From: Actinomycetota bacterium
GTDB taxonomy: Bacteria; Actinomycetota; Actinomycetes; S36-B12; UBA5976
Length of the DNA stretch: 64,000 nt
Reading direction: 5' to 3'
NCBI GenBank assembly: GCA_009885745.1
Contig: VFKC01000042.1
Coordinates: 11,555 to 75,554, forward strand
The position numbers and the translations under genes are program-made. The notes under the pieces were generated by a model. The model was not told the origin of the DNA. It was given only the letters and a program-made list of their open reading frames with translations, and did not search any database. Shown here piece after piece: positions 48,839 through 60,815 of this stretch (its first letter is position 1; each line of letters opens with the position of its first letter).

Positions 48839-49872
48839 ACTGGTGGCCTAATCGCCATCAATGCTTTTTCAATTTGATACCGGCTTTGTGCATGCTCAAG
48901 ACTCAATCCCCCAGGCACGCCAATCTCGTACACCGTACCTTTACTCGCGCGATCTGCCAGAGTCAGTAGACGCGCTGCCATCGCCAATTGTTCAGGATTC
49001 CATTTTTGCTTTTGAGTGCGAAAGAATTTCAATCGCCAAGGCGGCACACCAACAAGACCAGCTAATTCGCCTTCACTCATTCCAGCAGGGGCGCTCGCAT
49101 ACTTAATTAGTCCACGAAGGCCATTAGAGATTGCAATCAGGAGCGGGATTGCCGAACTTGAATCAGACTCCAATGCCCAGCGCAACTTTTCTAAAACTTC
49201 AACAGGTTTTGCATTCCACATGTCATCACTGATCTGCCAACCCATAACATCTGATACACCTTCGTAGTATCGAGATACGGCCTCCCCATCAATCAGATTT
49301 TCTTCGACATCTGCACACAACTGCGAAACCGCAGCCATTAGATCGCCAAGACCTGAACCAACTGAAGTTTGTAACTGTTGAATAGCCTCACTGGTGGCTT
49401 TGCGACCGTGTCTTTTGAACTCAGCAACTAATGCTGACTGTAAATCTGCACCCTTTAACTCGGCACAAGTTGCTTCGAGTGCGCCACCCTTGCGCAATGT
49501 GTCAAGGAGCTTCTTGCCCTTGACCCCACCAGGATGGGTTGCGAGGATTCGAACATTTTCTGGAATTTGAGATATTGATGAAATCAACAATTCTGCTAGC
49601 GCATCTGTGGCCCCATCTATGCCGGAAATAACAACCACAGTTAACTCGCCAAATAAGGATGGAGAAAGGGCCTGAGTTAACTCGACTGAGGCATCCTCAT
49701 GATTTGCGGCGATATCTTGCCGAACCGTATTGGGGTCTACTTTTCTGGCAGCGGCCAGCACGGTGGCGATTACCCTTTGAGTCAAAACAGATTCTTTGCC
49801 GACCGCCAAGACTAGCTGTGCGGAGTCGACTCCAGATTTAGTGGCCACAAGATTGAGTATGCCAGCAACCAA
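48829..49872 (-). CDS. holA: DNA polymerase III subunit delta
   Basis: 347-aa ORF in the conserved comEC-holA-rpsT position. The call rests mainly on synteny and size. Confidence 0.7.
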   Translation of the reverse strand: MVAGILNLVATKSGVDSAQLVLAVGKESVLTQRVIATVLAAARKVDPNTVRQDIAANHEDASVELTQALSPSLFGELTVVVISGIDGATDALAELLISSISQIPENVRILATHPGGVKGKKLLDTLRKGGALEATCAELKGADLQSALVAEFKRHGRKATSEAIQQLQTSVGSGLGDLMAAVSQLCADVEENLIDGEAVSRYYEGVSDVMGWQISDDMWNAKPVEVLEKLRWALESDSSSAIPLLIAISNGLRGLIKYASAPAGMSEGELAGLVGVPPWRLKFFRTQKQKWNPEQLAMAARLLTLADRASKGTVYEIGVPGGLSLEHAQSRYQIEKALMAIRPPVQK

Positions 49873-49896
49873 TGACGCAGGTGTCGTGTGGTCGTC

Positions 49897-51900
49897 CTAA
49901 CGCATGGTTAGGGAACCATAGCCGTTGTACTTGGAGTAACGAATCCAGTCCACCTTCATTGAAGTGGTTTGCAGGCTCGATGGAATCGGACCACTGAAAT
50001 TGGGATTCATCGCCACATTCAAGATCAAGAACATTTCTTTATTGAACTGCCAGCAACTAGCACAAGACACATCGCTCTTTCGTACTTCAACTTTTTTAAC
50101 ACCATCGAAGGTCCAGCGAATGTAATCGGGCTCCCACTCAATTCCATATGTGTGGAAATCATCAGCCAATGAGGTTGTATGGGTAATGGTATTTAAATCC
50201 GGTTTTTGCGCATGACTTAGGCCGCCACAATATGGCATGCACGCCGAAGTCGGTGAATGGGCAGTCATCCAGAGCACATTTGGATTTCCACCGCTGGCTT
50301 CCATGATGTCTATTTCGCCAGTGCCAGGCCATGGATTTTGATCGATGTCTTGACCAAGCATCCAAAACGCGGGAAACGCACCAGAGCCCGCGGGGACTTT
50401 TATGCGTGCTTCAATCTTTCCGTATTTGAAACTCACTCGGTCTTTGGTTAACAACTTTCCGGATGTCCAAGCGCAAGCATTTCCTGAGGAACAGGTGTAA
50501 CTGCTCGCCCCAGCTCTCTTTGCTGTCATCACCAGATTGCCTAATCCATCTAGGGCATTATTTTCTGCTTGATAGCTGATGTAATCTCCGCCAGCGATAC
50601 CGCACAATCTCGGACAACCATTGCCTAGACCTGGTTCCCACTGACTTGAATTATTCGCGCTCGCACTAAATGCACTCGCAGTTTCATTAAACTCCGCGCA
50701 CCATAGATAGCCGATGGCGCAACTTGGACGGGCAGCACCTGTTGGTATTGGCTTATGGAACTGAAAGTCGATGAGGTCAACGGCTTCACTTGGCTGGCCA
50801 AGTATTGAAGGCATGACTTGGCTGAATATTCGCGAATCAGCCGAGTTGTTTTCAAATTTATCGGTGTAATTTCCAACCTGATTGGCTGTATTTGTATTTG
50901 TAATCGTGAATGAAACATTGCCATTAACATCTGTTGTTCCGCTTAATAAACCACCATTTTGGCTTATTGCAACTGGAGTAATTGTGGCTCCAGTAGCAGG
51001 CACGAAGAACGATGCATTGGAACTGCTGTACTGCTTATTGACCGCTAATCGGACAACTTTATTAACCAGCGGCAAGCCAACCTGATCTGTCGCGTGATAA
51101 GTCAAAGTCAAAGTAGCACCTACGGCAACTTCGTGCGTTAGGTACTTTAACCCACTTGCAAACCAACCCTGATTAACAAAATGGGTAGCTGAGCCTTCTT
51201 GCACCATTGAATTAGAGAAATCAACCAACGGGGCAATCAATCGAATATTTGCGAAGGTAAGTGGCTGCTGGATACCTGGCGCAGTTGGAGTGGAATTTGA
51301 AATCACAAATGATTTGCTGATGTTCTTAGCGATTTTGACCTCGGAGTTACCCGGGTTCGATGCAGTAAGTCTGCAAGTTCCCTTGGCGAGCGCCCGCACC
51401 TTATTTAAAATAACGCGGCAGATTGTTGGAGTGGTGCTGTAGATTCTTGTTTCTCCACCTGATGCACTGACCAATAAGACTTGATCTTGATCATTCACCT
51501 TCATCGCCGTTGGCGATGTGAAAGTAATTACATTCACTAACGCGGTAGAAACCCCTGACTTAATCGCAACAATTCCGTTGCCTACCGCATTTACAGCTCG
51601 AGTAGAAATGCTGTATGTGCGGCCATTTACTAGACCAGTTAAAACAATTGGGCTCTGTGCGCTTGTTAACCAAGTACTTCCAGCATCTGTTGAGTACTCA
51701 ACCCGTAAAATTTCAGAACCGTTTGATGCCCCCAGCATGTAGGGAAATGACAATTGCGCGCTGCGTGTCTTGTCAACAGTTAATAAAATCAACTTACTCG
51801 GCACTTTAGGTGCACTAGCAGAAATTGCCACTCCACTCGTCTGGCTAAAAATTACGCCAAAGGCAAGTGCCATTACGACTATGCGCATCTTAAAGTTCAT
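49897..51900 (-). CDS. secreted multidomain glycoside hydrolase family 16 (laminarinase-like beta-glucanase) with N-terminal Fn3/Ig-like modules
   Basis: C-terminal GH16 signature FPAFWMLG...WPGTGEIDIMEA (E-x-D-x-x-E). Upstream Fn3-like and Ig-like segments. Signal peptide MNFKMRIVVMALAFGVIFSQTSGVAISA from ATG 51900; the ORF-track start is 51963. Confidence 0.85.
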   Translation of the reverse strand: MNFKMRIVVMALAFGVIFSQTSGVAISASAPKVPSKLILLTVDKTRSAQLSFPYMLGASNGSEILRVEYSTDAGSTWLTSAQSPIVLTGLVNGRTYSISTRAVNAVGNGIVAIKSGVSTALVNVITFTSPTAMKVNDQDQVLLVSASGGETRIYSTTPTICRVILNKVRALAKGTCRLTASNPGNSEVKIAKNISKSFVISNSTPTAPGIQQPLTFANIRLIAPLVDFSNSMVQEGSATHFVNQGWFASGLKYLTHEVAVGATLTLTYHATDQVGLPLVNKVVRLAVNKQYSSSNASFFVPATGATITPVAISQNGGLLSGTTDVNGNVSFTITNTNTANQVGNYTDKFENNSADSRIFSQVMPSILGQPSEAVDLIDFQFHKPIPTGAARPSCAIGYLWCAEFNETASAFSASANNSSQWEPGLGNGCPRLCGIAGGDYISYQAENNALDGLGNLVMTAKRAGASSYTCSSGNACAWTSGKLLTKDRVSFKYGKIEARIKVPAGSGAFPAFWMLGQDIDQNPWPGTGEIDIMEASGGNPNVLWMTAHSPTSACMPYCGGLSHAQKPDLNTITHTTSLADDFHTYGIEWEPDYIRWTFDGVKKVEVRKSDVSCASCWQFNKEMFLILNVAMNPNFSGPIPSSLQTTSMKVDWIRYSKYNGYGSLTMR

Positions 51901-51970
51901 AAATCCACTATGCCCTAGTGTTAGCGATCTGGGAATCTTTGCAAAACTTCGAATTCTTAGCACTTAGCCG

Positions 51971-54346
51971 TTATTTCCTGCCGATGACTTTAAGGTCGCC
52001 CTTGTCTAGGACAATCGCCAAGTCTGAATGTTCATCTGTGCGAAATACTTGTGCCCCAGTATTCTCATACATTTCGATGGTTTGTCTTGCTGGATGTCCG
52101 TAATCATTGTCCTTACCCACCGAAATTGTGGCTAGTTTGGCGTGAGCCCATTGCGCAAATGCTAAAGATTGATTGCGCGAACCGTGATGAGAAATCTTAA
52201 TCAAATCTATACCGAAATCAGGATTCTCCTGTTGCACTGCCGTTTGAACAGCTGGCTCAATATCGCCCGTAAGCAAGAAATTTTTTCCTTGGGTTGAAAC
52301 CAGCAATACGATGCTGGAATTATTCGCATCACTTCCCTGGCCCAGAATAATTCGCGTGGGCCAGATACATGTCAGAGTAACTTCTTTGACCTTTATCTGA
52401 GTTGGGGCTGTCATGACATTCTCAGGCAGATTGTGTGCGCGTAAAACAGCTCTCACACTTGCAGTAGTTGTCGGGGGATCTGGTAGCGGACTAACCCAGA
52501 CTTGCCCAACAGTTCTTTTAGTCAAAACAGATGCCAAACCCATTACATGGTCGGCATGAAAGTGAGTGAGCACGAGAACTGGGATGCTAGTTACGCCTAG
52601 GTCACGTAAACAGCGATCCATAGCTACATCATCAACACCGACATCAATAACAACTGCCTCACTTGGTCCTGTACGCATAACCGTCCCATCACCTTGACCG
52701 ACGTCACATTGGATCATCAGCCAATTTCGTGGAGGCCATGGCTTCGTAGGTAATTCAGGAGGCAGCCAAATGAATGAGATGAAACAAATGAGCGAACTAG
52801 CAACCATAGATTTTGCTACCCGGTTCAGATTTTTCCATTGAATCCAAATGTGAATAATCATCCCAACGGTAACCAATGATAGAAACAGTCCTAATGTTCC
52901 TTTTGGCCAAGGAATTTCCAGCCAGGTCAGTGACGCGAAAAATCTAGCCAAGATTGTGATTCCTTGCGCTATGAAGGCCGCACAGATAGCGACCAGATGC
53001 CCTAGTGGGAGCCAGATAGCGGCTAGTAAGGCCGCAATCACACCCAACACCATTACTGGTCCGGCCAAGGGCACAGCAATCATGTTGGCTGGGATGCTGG
53101 CAATGGACAGCGTGGAATCTAAAGCAACCAGCATTGGGAAAACTGCAATTTGTGCACACATCGTGATTGCTAAAATCTCAAGAATCCATTTTGGAATTCC
53201 TCTAGGTAGATGCTTATCTAGCCATACCAACATTTGTTTTGAACCAAGCAATAATCCAGCAGTTGCAGCTACAGAAAGAGCAAATCCAAAGGACATGGCT
53301 AACCACGGATCAAGCAGAACTAAACCAACTATCGCAAAACCAAGGGCAGGCAACGCCGATTTTTCAAAATGCCAATAACCCGCAACGAGAGCGACTACTC
53401 CCATAACTGTGGCACGCAACACTGATGGTTGGGGACGCACTAAAACGACAAACGCAATCAAGACAAAAATTGCCACAACATACCAATACTTTCGCCTGCT
53501 GGTAACACGACGCATAAGAGATAAAACCAGGGAAAGAAGAAGCGTTACGTTGGTTCCAGAAACCGCGACCAGATGTGTTAGCCCGGCATCACGCATGTCC
53601 TGACTCAATTGAGAACTGATTTTTGAGGTATCGCCCAAAGCCAAACCTGGAACAAGTACCTGTCCGTCAGTATTCGTCCCCTGGAGAGCCAAGTGCAATT
53701 TATTGCGAAGTGCCAGAGCCAAAACTTGAAACCTAGGTGCACTCTTTTCTACGACTAAACCATCAAGCAGGTTTGCGGTAGCCGCAACGGGCTGACCTGG
53801 CCTAGCAAGTGAAAGCGCAGCATTGAAATTTATGACTGTGCCTGGCGCCATGCCTCGAAAGGTTTTTATTCTTTTAGGGTCCGAAGTGAACAGGATTATC
53901 GGCACACGCACCTTGCTCGTACGACCTCGTGCAATGATTTGTTCCACTCGGACATTTATTCTGCCGATGACTTTACTGTTCCAATCCAGTCCTGATTTCT
54001 TTTCAGTTACTACCAAGTCGCTTACTGTGCTGGCCCGAAGGTGAACTACGGCCTGCTCCTGTGCCGCAAGATAAACAGGACCGGAAATAATCGGCTGCAG
54101 TCTGGCTATTGCTGCGAGAGTCCCAATCACCAAACCAATTGAGCAGAACAGCACGATGTTTCTGGCTGGAATCTGATGTGACTGAGCCACACTCACTTTG
54201 ATTCTTGAAATCACGGCAAGGAGCAACAGGGCAAGAACACCCAGCCAAACCAAAATCCAAGTGGAACTGACGTGAGTGCCGATAACCAAGACCCCAGCAG
54301 CACCAAGCCATGCCCCCAAAGCCAAAGGCCAGAGCCTTAGGTCCAT
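51971..54346 (-). CDS. comEC: DNA internalization competence protein ComEC/Rec2
   Basis: 791 aa. Polytopic competence domain plus C-terminal metallo-beta-lactamase motif LTHFHADHVMG. Confidence 0.9.
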   Translation of the reverse strand: MDLRLWPLALGAWLGAAGVLVIGTHVSSTWILVWLGVLALLLLAVISRIKVSVAQSHQIPARNIVLFCSIGLVIGTLAAIARLQPIISGPVYLAAQEQAVVHLRASTVSDLVVTEKKSGLDWNSKVIGRINVRVEQIIARGRTSKVRVPIILFTSDPKRIKTFRGMAPGTVINFNAALSLARPGQPVAATANLLDGLVVEKSAPRFQVLALALRNKLHLALQGTNTDGQVLVPGLALGDTSKISSQLSQDMRDAGLTHLVAVSGTNVTLLLSLVLSLMRRVTSRRKYWYVVAIFVLIAFVVLVRPQPSVLRATVMGVVALVAGYWHFEKSALPALGFAIVGLVLLDPWLAMSFGFALSVAATAGLLLGSKQMLVWLDKHLPRGIPKWILEILAITMCAQIAVFPMLVALDSTLSIASIPANMIAVPLAGPVMVLGVIAALLAAIWLPLGHLVAICAAFIAQGITILARFFASLTWLEIPWPKGTLGLFLSLVTVGMIIHIWIQWKNLNRVAKSMVASSLICFISFIWLPPELPTKPWPPRNWLMIQCDVGQGDGTVMRTGPSEAVVIDVGVDDVAMDRCLRDLGVTSIPVLVLTHFHADHVMGLASVLTKRTVGQVWVSPLPDPPTTTASVRAVLRAHNLPENVMTAPTQIKVKEVTLTCIWPTRIILGQGSDANNSSIVLLVSTQGKNFLLTGDIEPAVQTAVQQENPDFGIDLIKISHHGSRNQSLAFAQWAHAKLATISVGKDNDYGHPARQTIEMYENTGAQVFRTDEHSDLAIVLDKGDLKVIGRK

Positions 54347-55078
54347 TTAGATGCGGACCAATGGCTTTAGATTCGCGAAGACTTTAGGCCCAATACCTGG
54401 CACCTCTTGAAGTTCTTCAATAGAACTAAATCCTTGATGTTGCACTCGCCACGCCAATATGCGCGAAGACATCACTGGGCCAACCCCTGGCAACGCATCA
54501 AGCTGGTCCGCTGTTGCAGTATTTAGATTGACTGATGCTTGCGTTCCGCCAGCAGTTTGATTAGCGTTGACATTGGTTGAATCCGCACGATTTGATGTAC
54601 TCGACACAACAATTAATTGACCGTCAGAGACTTTTTCAGCCAAATTGATGGATCCGCCCGGTAGTCGTTTGCGCAATCCACCCGCAGCCTTAATGGCATC
54701 GGCAATACGTGAACCCGCAGGCAAAGTCTTTAATCCAGGATTGCGCACCGCTCCTTCAACATCTACCACAATCATCAGCGGTGTTGTTGAGGCAGAAACT
54801 GCCGCCAAAGGTGTGCCTGATATGGCAACGACAGGTTCACTGATAGTTTGCGGACGATTGAGCCAAGCTAAACCAAATAGAAATACGACGACAACAGTAA
54901 GGAAAGTTGCAACCGATCGGATGCTGGATTTTTCGGATACCAAAAGTGCTGGCGAAGTTGGTTCTATGGTGATTTCTTCACGCGGATTCATTATTCGCAT
55001 CAGCCTTTGGGTGGCAGCCATAGCGAGCGCATCACGATTTTGCGCAAGATTAAGCATGAGCAAGACATTAAAAGACAA
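54347..55078 (-). CDS. comEA: competence protein ComEA (helix-hairpin-helix DNA receptor)
   Basis: Single TM segment, SLBB-like middle and C-terminal tandem HhH LNTATADQLDALPGVGPV...LQEVPGIGPKV. The start codon is uncertain (TTG 55078 or downstream ATGs). Confidence 0.85.
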   Translation of the reverse strand: MSFNVLLMLNLAQNRDALAMAATQRLMRIMNPREEITIEPTSPALLVSEKSSIRSVATFLTVVVVFLFGLAWLNRPQTISEPVVAISGTPLAAVSASTTPLMIVVDVEGAVRNPGLKTLPAGSRIADAIKAAGGLRKRLPGGSINLAEKVSDGQLIVVSSTSNRADSTNVNANQTAGGTQASVNLNTATADQLDALPGVGPVMSSRILAWRVQHQGFSSIEELQEVPGIGPKVFANLKPLVRI

Positions 55079-55154
55079 AACCTAAGACCAGAGAACATTC
55101 AGGCTCACCGTGGACAAGATACAGGTGTTGATTGCTAAAAAATTACCTAATTAA

Positions 55155-55997
55155 TTAAGCGACGACTGGCGCCACGACAACCGCGACTGCGCCAGGACCC
55201 ACGTGGGCACCTACGACTGCACCAACTGGCGTTATGGTCACACTTGGGATTTTTAGACGCTCGCATAGTTGTTGAGCAACTTCGCTGGCTCTATCAAAAG
55301 CATCAACATGATGTACCGCAATCTCGCTAGGTATTTGAGATGCGCGTTCAGTTGCGATCTCGACAAGTCGTTCAACCGCTTTTGATGAAGTGCGAACTAG
55401 TTCGTGTTGGACAACTCGTCCATCTTCGATGTGAAGCAATGGCTTGACTGACAAAGCCCGTCCAACGCGGGAACGAGTATTGGAAATGCGTCCATTTCTT
55501 TGCAAGAACTCTAAAGTGTCAACATAAAATTCGATGGTCGAGTCATGACATCTAGTTACAACTGCCCGTTCGACCTCATCAATGCTGGCGCCTGCTTGGG
55601 CCATTCGGGCACCTGTCTCAACGGCAAAGCCAAACATCATTGCCACGGCGCGAGAGTCAATTACTCGGATTGGAATTTGAAATTTTTGACTAGCCAAAAA
55701 AGCTGATTCGTAAGTGCCAGAGAGTTCACCGGAGAGGTGGACGCTCACAATTGAATCGCAACCATTTTTAATCAGTTGCTCATACGTGCTGATAAATTTA
55801 TCAGGATTGGGTCGTGATGTTGTGACTGATTTACCTGCCCGAAGTGCGGCAGTTACTTCTTCAACCGTTATCCCAGTTAATTCATCGAGAGCCTGGCCAT
55901 CAACCACAACCTGGACTGGCACAACCTCAATCGCCAATGCTGAAGTAACGGCCTCTGGTAGGTAGGCAGTTGAATCAGTGACAATCCCGACAGTCAT
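55155..55997 (-). CDS. DegV family fatty-acid-binding protein
   Basis: N-terminus VGIVTDSTAYLP, 280 aa. Typical position next to comEA in Actinobacteria. Confidence 0.85.
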   Translation of the reverse strand: MTVGIVTDSTAYLPEAVTSALAIEVVPVQVVVDGQALDELTGITVEEVTAALRAGKSVTTSRPNPDKFISTYEQLIKNGCDSIVSVHLSGELSGTYESAFLASQKFQIPIRVIDSRAVAMMFGFAVETGARMAQAGASIDEVERAVVTRCHDSTIEFYVDTLEFLQRNGRISNTRSRVGRALSVKPLLHIEDGRVVQHELVRTSSKAVERLVEIATERASQIPSEIAVHHVDAFDRASEVAQQLCERLKIPSVTITPVGAVVGAHVGPGAVAVVVAPVVA

Positions 55998-56001
55998 GAA
56001 C

Positions 56002-58479
56002 CTAGCCCAGAACTACGTTTACCAGTTTGGGCTGACGCACTACGACAACCTTGGGAGTCGCCCCCGCAATCGCAGCAATAACCGACGCTTGACCCATTGC
56101 CAATTCTCGAAGTTCATCTTGAGAAATATTTGGGGAAACTTCAAGCCGCTCTTTAATTTTGCCATTGACCTGTACAACACACTGAACTGAGTCTTCGACA
56201 AGCAGCCCCGGATCCACAATTGGCCAAGGCGCCAATGCCATCGGCGGTTGATGACCAAGTCGTTCCCACATTTCCTCTGAAGTGTAAGGCGCTACTAAGG
56301 ACAACATGATTGCCACGGCTTGCGTTGCTTCACGAACAGCAGGATCTGCTCCCCCACAGCCAGTATCAATTGCCTTGCGAGTGACGTTAACCAATTCCAT
56401 TGTGCGGGCAACTGCGACATTGAATCGATAAGTTTCTACCGCTAGTTGCGCATCGGCTACGGCGCGGTGTGTCGCTTTACGCAGAGTTAAATCGCCATTA
56501 GCAAAATCAACATCTGGTGCACTGGTGACATCACCAGAAAGTCGCCATGCCCGAGCCAAGAATTTCTTAGCGCCGTGGGGCGAAACATCTGCCCAATCCA
56601 CATCATCTTCTGGCGGTCCGGCGAACACCATAGTTAAGCGAATAGCATCGACACCATTATCGGCAAGCTCGTCACTGAGTCGGACTAGATTGCCGCGACT
56701 CTTACTCATGGCCGATCCATCCATAACAACCATGCCTTGATTTAGTAAGCGGGTGAATGGTTCTTCAAAATTAACCATTCCCATATCAAATAAGACCTTG
56801 GTGAAGAATCGACTGTACAAAAGATGCAGGATTGCGTGTGTGACTCCACCTACATACTGATCAACGGGGAGCCACTTGTTTGCCTCAGCTGTTTCAAAGG
56901 GGGCTGTATCTAACTGCGGATTTAGATAACGCAGGTAATACCAGGATGAATCCACGAAGGTATCCATCGTGTCAGTATCTCGACGCGCTGGTTGTGCACA
57001 TTTTGGACACGGCACATTTGCCCATTCATCGGCTGCACCTAATGGTGAAGTGCCCTTTGGCGACAGATCAAGATCACTAGCATCTGGCAAAAGAACCGGA
57101 AGTTGATCTAGTGGGACTGGCACCTCGCCACATGATGGGCAATGAATAATCGGAATTGGTGTACCCCAATAGCGCTGACGAGAAATTAACCAATCGCGAA
57201 GTCGGTAGTTGGTCGCAGGAGTGCCAAGTTTGCGCTCAGCCAAAATCTCAATCATCTTCTCAATACCTTCGTGCTTACCCAGACCATCAAGCGGACCAGA
57301 ATTAATGTGCGCACCATCATCGGCAGTGGCTTGGCCGGTTACCGCTGGATCGGTCTCAGACTCAACAACAACGCGAATCGGTAAATCAAATTTCTTGGCG
57401 AAATCTAGATCTCGTTGATCATGTGCCGGTACGGCCATAATCGCACCAGTGCCATAATCTGCTAAAACATAATCGCTTGCCCAAATCTGGATTCGCTCAC
57501 CATTGACTGGATTGATTGCATACCTGTTAAGGAATACGCCTGATTTCGGTCGATCCGTTGCAAGCCGATCCATTTCGCTGATTGCCTTAACACCTTCAAG
57601 GTATTCGTTGAAAGCAACTTCGCTCTCAGTGCCCGTGGCTAGTTCACTGGCTAAATCACTATCGGCGGCAACAACAAAGAAAGTAGCACCAAACAAAGTG
57701 TCTGGCCTTGTGGTGTAAACCACAACAGGTTCCGCGCGACCCTCGATTTCGAAGCTGACTTCTGCGCCTTTGGATCGACCAATCCAGTTGCGTTGCATAA
57801 GCAAAACTTTTTCAGGCCACTGACCTTCAAGTTGTGACATGTCATCAAGTAAACGATCTGCATAATCAGTGATTTTGAAATACCACTGGTTAAGTTTCTT
57901 CTTTGTGACCGCACTATCGCAGCGTTCGCATAAACCGCCAACGACTTGTTCATTTGCTAAAACTGTCTGACATGATGGGCACCAATTGACGGCAGAGTCC
58001 TTACGATAAGCCAAACCACGCTCATACATTTTCAGGAACAACCATTGATTCCATTTGTAATACGCCGGATCACATGTGTTCATAACGCGATCCCAGTCAA
58101 ATGAGCATGCGTATCTGCGCATTGATGACTTTTGCATCTCAATGTTTTCGTAAGTCCAAGTTTGTGGATTTTCACCACGCTTGATTGCGGCATTTTCAGC
58201 AGGAAGACCGAAAGCATCCCAGCCAATTGGATGCAAAACATTGAAACCTTGGTGGACCCAATAACGAGCGATCACATCGCCAAGGGCGTAGGCCTCGGCA
58301 TGGCCCATGTGCAAGTCACCTGATGGATAAGGGAACATATCCAAAACATATTTAGTGGGCCTCGCATCATCAGCGCGACCAGACTTAAATGGAGCTAACT
58401 CGTCCCAAACAGGAAGCCACTTATCCTGCACGCCATGGACATCGTAGGTGTTGGGATCTAATTGGGACTGTTCGCTCAT
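56002..58479 (-). CDS. leuS: leucine--tRNA ligase
   Basis: HIGH-type motif [11 protein letters not shown] and KMSKS-type [11 protein letters not shown] 58479, or TTG 58488 which has an AAGG SD at 5 nt. The ORF-track start at 58581 is an unlikely extension. Confidence 0.95.
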   Translation of the reverse strand: MSEQSQLDPNTYDVHGVQDKWLPVWDELAPFKSGRADDARPTKYVLDMFPYPSGDLHMGHAEAYALGDVIARYWVHQGFNVLHPIGWDAFGLPAENAAIKRGENPQTWTYENIEMQKSSMRRYACSFDWDRVMNTCDPAYYKWNQWLFLKMYERGLAYRKDSAVNWCPSCQTVLANEQVVGGLCERCDSAVTKKKLNQWYFKITDYADRLLDDMSQLEGQWPEKVLLMQRNWIGRSKGAEVSFEIEGRAEPVVVYTTRPDTLFGATFFVVAADSDLASELATGTESEVAFNEYLEGVKAISEMDRLATDRPKSGVFLNRYAINPVNGERIQIWASDYVLADYGTGAIMAVPAHDQRDLDFAKKFDLPIRVVVESETDPAVTGQATADDGAHINSGPLDGLGKHEGIEKMIEILAERKLGTPATNYRLRDWLISRQRYWGTPIPIIHCPSCGEVPVPLDQLPVLLPDASDLDLSPKGTSPLGAADEWANVPCPKCAQPARRDTDTMDTFVDSSWYYLRYLNPQLDTAPFETAEANKWLPVDQYVGGVTHAILHLLYSRFFTKVLFDMGMVNFEEPFTRLLNQGMVVMDGSAMSKSRGNLVRLSDELADNGVDAIRLTMVFAGPPEDDVDWADVSPHGAKKFLARAWRLSGDVTSAPDVDFANGDLTLRKATHRAVADAQLAVETYRFNVAVARTMELVNVTRKAIDTGCGGADPAVREATQAVAIMLSLVAPYTSEEMWERLGHQPPMALAPWPIVDPGLLVEDSVQCVVQVNGKIKERLEVSPNISQDELRELAMGQASVIAAIAGATPKVVVVRQPKLVNVVLG

Positions 58480-58640
58480 GATTATCAAGGATACCTTGCC
58501 GCCCTTATGTTTATACTCGGTGAGCGACCTAAACGCGAGTGGTTTCTGATGGCGAGCATTCTTTGATGCCAAAGGATACATTTTTAAGTGATTTAGAAAT
58601 TTTTAGTATCAACTCACCCAATCTGAAAAGCGAGATAGGT

Positions 58641-59711
58641 CTAATCGGTATATAGATACCCTCGGACATATTGTTTAGGCCAAGGTACTTGCTCGCCAAG
58701 ATCTTTAGCCGCTTGCAATGGCCAACGAGGATTGCCAAGCAGGGCCCGACCAATCATTACTGCAGATATATGGCCTGACTCAAGGATTTCTTCTGCCTGT
58801 CGACCTGACTGAATTCCACCCACCGCGACCGTAGGCATTCCGGTTTCCTGCTGAATTTGCTTTGCGAAGTCAACTTGGTATCCAGGTCCAAAAGGAATCT
58901 GTGCTGTTGCCACATTGCCACCTGACGAACAATCAATCATGTCAACGCCACGAGCCTGCAATTGCCTGGCAAGTTCCACACTGTCTTTAATGTCCCAACC
59001 GCCTTCAACCCAGTCGCTGGCAGAAATGCGAACTATTAACGCTCTATTTGCTGGAATCACTGATCTAACTTGCGAAGCGATGTCACAAAGTAGGCGCATG
59101 CGATTTTCTAATGAGCCGCCATATTGATCAGTTCGCTGATTAGATATCGGGGATAAGAATGAATGCAAGAGATAGCCATGTGCAGCATGAATCTCGACAA
59201 CATCAAAGTCGGCCACTAAAGCCCGCTCGGCAGCCGCCACAAAATCTGCCTTGATTAATTCAATCTCGGGGATTGTCAGTTCTCTTGGATTTGGATATTC
59301 TCCAAACGCCAAGGGCGAGGCACTTTCGCCTTGCCATCCACCATCTTCTAAAGAAAGCGGTGAGCCACCGTTCCAAGGAGCATGAATGGCAGCCTTACGA
59401 CCAGCATGCGCGATTTGAATGCCTGCGATCACTCCATGAGCATGTGCGAACCGGGGAATTTCAGCAAGTAACTGCGCCTGCTGATCGGTCCAAATACCGA
59501 CATCTCCCGGTGTGATGCGACCCTCAGGTCGCACAGCGGCTGCCTCAACCATTACTAGACCGGCGCCACCTGTTATGAAAGCACCATAGTGAACCGCATG
59601 CCAATCTTGGATCAATCCATTGATTGCTGAGTACTGACACATGGGACTAACCCACGCCCTGTTCTTAACTTTTACTCCACCTATTTGGATGGGCGTGAAG
59701 AGCTGGCTCAC
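58641..59711 (-). CDS. NADH:flavin oxidoreductase, Old Yellow Enzyme family (YqjM/NamA-like)
   Basis: N-terminus [26 protein letters not shown], with [14 protein letters not shown]. Confidence 0.85.
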   Translation of the reverse strand: MSQLFTPIQIGGVKVKNRAWVSPMCQYSAINGLIQDWHAVHYGAFITGGAGLVMVEAAAVRPEGRITPGDVGIWTDQQAQLLAEIPRFAHAHGVIAGIQIAHAGRKAAIHAPWNGGSPLSLEDGGWQGESASPLAFGEYPNPRELTIPEIELIKADFVAAAERALVADFDVVEIHAAHGYLLHSFLSPISNQRTDQYGGSLENRMRLLCDIASQVRSVIPANRALIVRISASDWVEGGWDIKDSVELARQLQARGVDMIDCSSGGNVATAQIPFGPGYQVDFAKQIQQETGMPTVAVGGIQSGRQAEEILESGHISAVMIGRALLGNPRWPLQAAKDLGEQVPWPKQYVRGYLYTD

Positions 59712-60709
59712 AAATCACCGATTGTGGCAACCATGATGGCTTTAATGGTGTGCAACCTATTTTCGGCTTGATCAAAGACCACACTGTTTGGGGATTCAAA
59801 AACCTCGTGGGTTACTTCCAGGCCATCATGCATACCTGTCTTGTCCGCAATTTCTCGACCAACCGTAGTTTGTTCATTATGGAAGCCGGGCAGACAGTGC
59901 ATAAATTTAGACTCTGGCTTGCCAGTTAATGCCATTGCCTCGGCGTTTACTTGATAGTCGCTCAACAATGAAACGCGCTCATTCCAAACTTCAACAGATT
60001 CACCCATTGACACCCACACATCGGTGTGCACAAAGTCAGCACCAGGAAGTGCCTCTTCCATACTTTCGGTGAGTGTGATTTTTGCGCCGCTTTTTTGCGC
60101 TAGATCTGCCGCGATTTTTTGCACATCTTCAGTAGGCCAAAGTTTGGCAGGAGCAGCAAATCGAACATCCGCTCCGAGTAATGCACCGGAAACCAGAAGT
60201 GAGTTACCCATGTTCGAACGCGTATCCCCTACATAAGCAAAGCAGATGTCACTTGGGCGTCGACCTGTTTGCTCAACCATTGTCTGGAAATCAGCCAACA
60301 TCTGAGTCGGATGCCATTCGTCAGTCAGTCCGTTATAGACAGGGACATCTGAAAAAGCGGCCAACTCTTCGACAATCGCTTGGGTCTTACCGCGGTATTG
60401 AATTGCATCGTAATAGCGACTTAGCACGCGAGCCGTATCAGCAATAGATTCCTTGTGTCCTACTTGCGACGAGGATCCATCAAGATAAGTAGTGTGTGCA
60501 CCTTGATCAAAGGCCGCAACTTCAAAAGCGCAGCGAGTACGAGTCGAAGTCTTTTCGAATATGAGAGCAATGTTTCGACCAACCATGCGGGCAACCTCAC
60601 GGCGCTCTCGCTTTGCAGCCTTAAGTTCAATCGCCAGATCAATCAGATAAAGGAATTCATCCTGAGTAAAGTCAAGTTCCTTTAGGAAATCACGGTTTTG
60701 CAGATTCAT
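59708..60709 (-). CDS. argF: ornithine carbamoyltransferase
   Basis: STRTR, HPTQ, DVWVSMG and HCLP motifs are all present. 333-aa ArgI/ArcB-like long form. Confidence 0.9.
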   Translation of the reverse strand: MNLQNRDFLKELDFTQDEFLYLIDLAIELKAAKRERREVARMVGRNIALIFEKTSTRTRCAFEVAAFDQGAHTTYLDGSSSQVGHKESIADTARVLSRYYDAIQYRGKTQAIVEELAAFSDVPVYNGLTDEWHPTQMLADFQTMVEQTGRRPSDICFAYVGDTRSNMGNSLLVSGALLGADVRFAAPAKLWPTEDVQKIAADLAQKSGAKITLTESMEEALPGADFVHTDVWVSMGESVEVWNERVSLLSDYQVNAEAMALTGKPESKFMHCLPGFHNEQTTVGREIADKTGMHDGLEVTHEVFESPNSVVFDQAENRLHTIKAIMVATIGDL

Positions 60710-60815
60710 AGACGCTCCGAGGAAAAGTTAGGGAGTCAAAGGTCAAGACTACCGATGTTGTGCTACCGATACGAACATTTCTAGTTGCAAATGTGCCAGT
60801 TAGGCTTGCTTGGGG

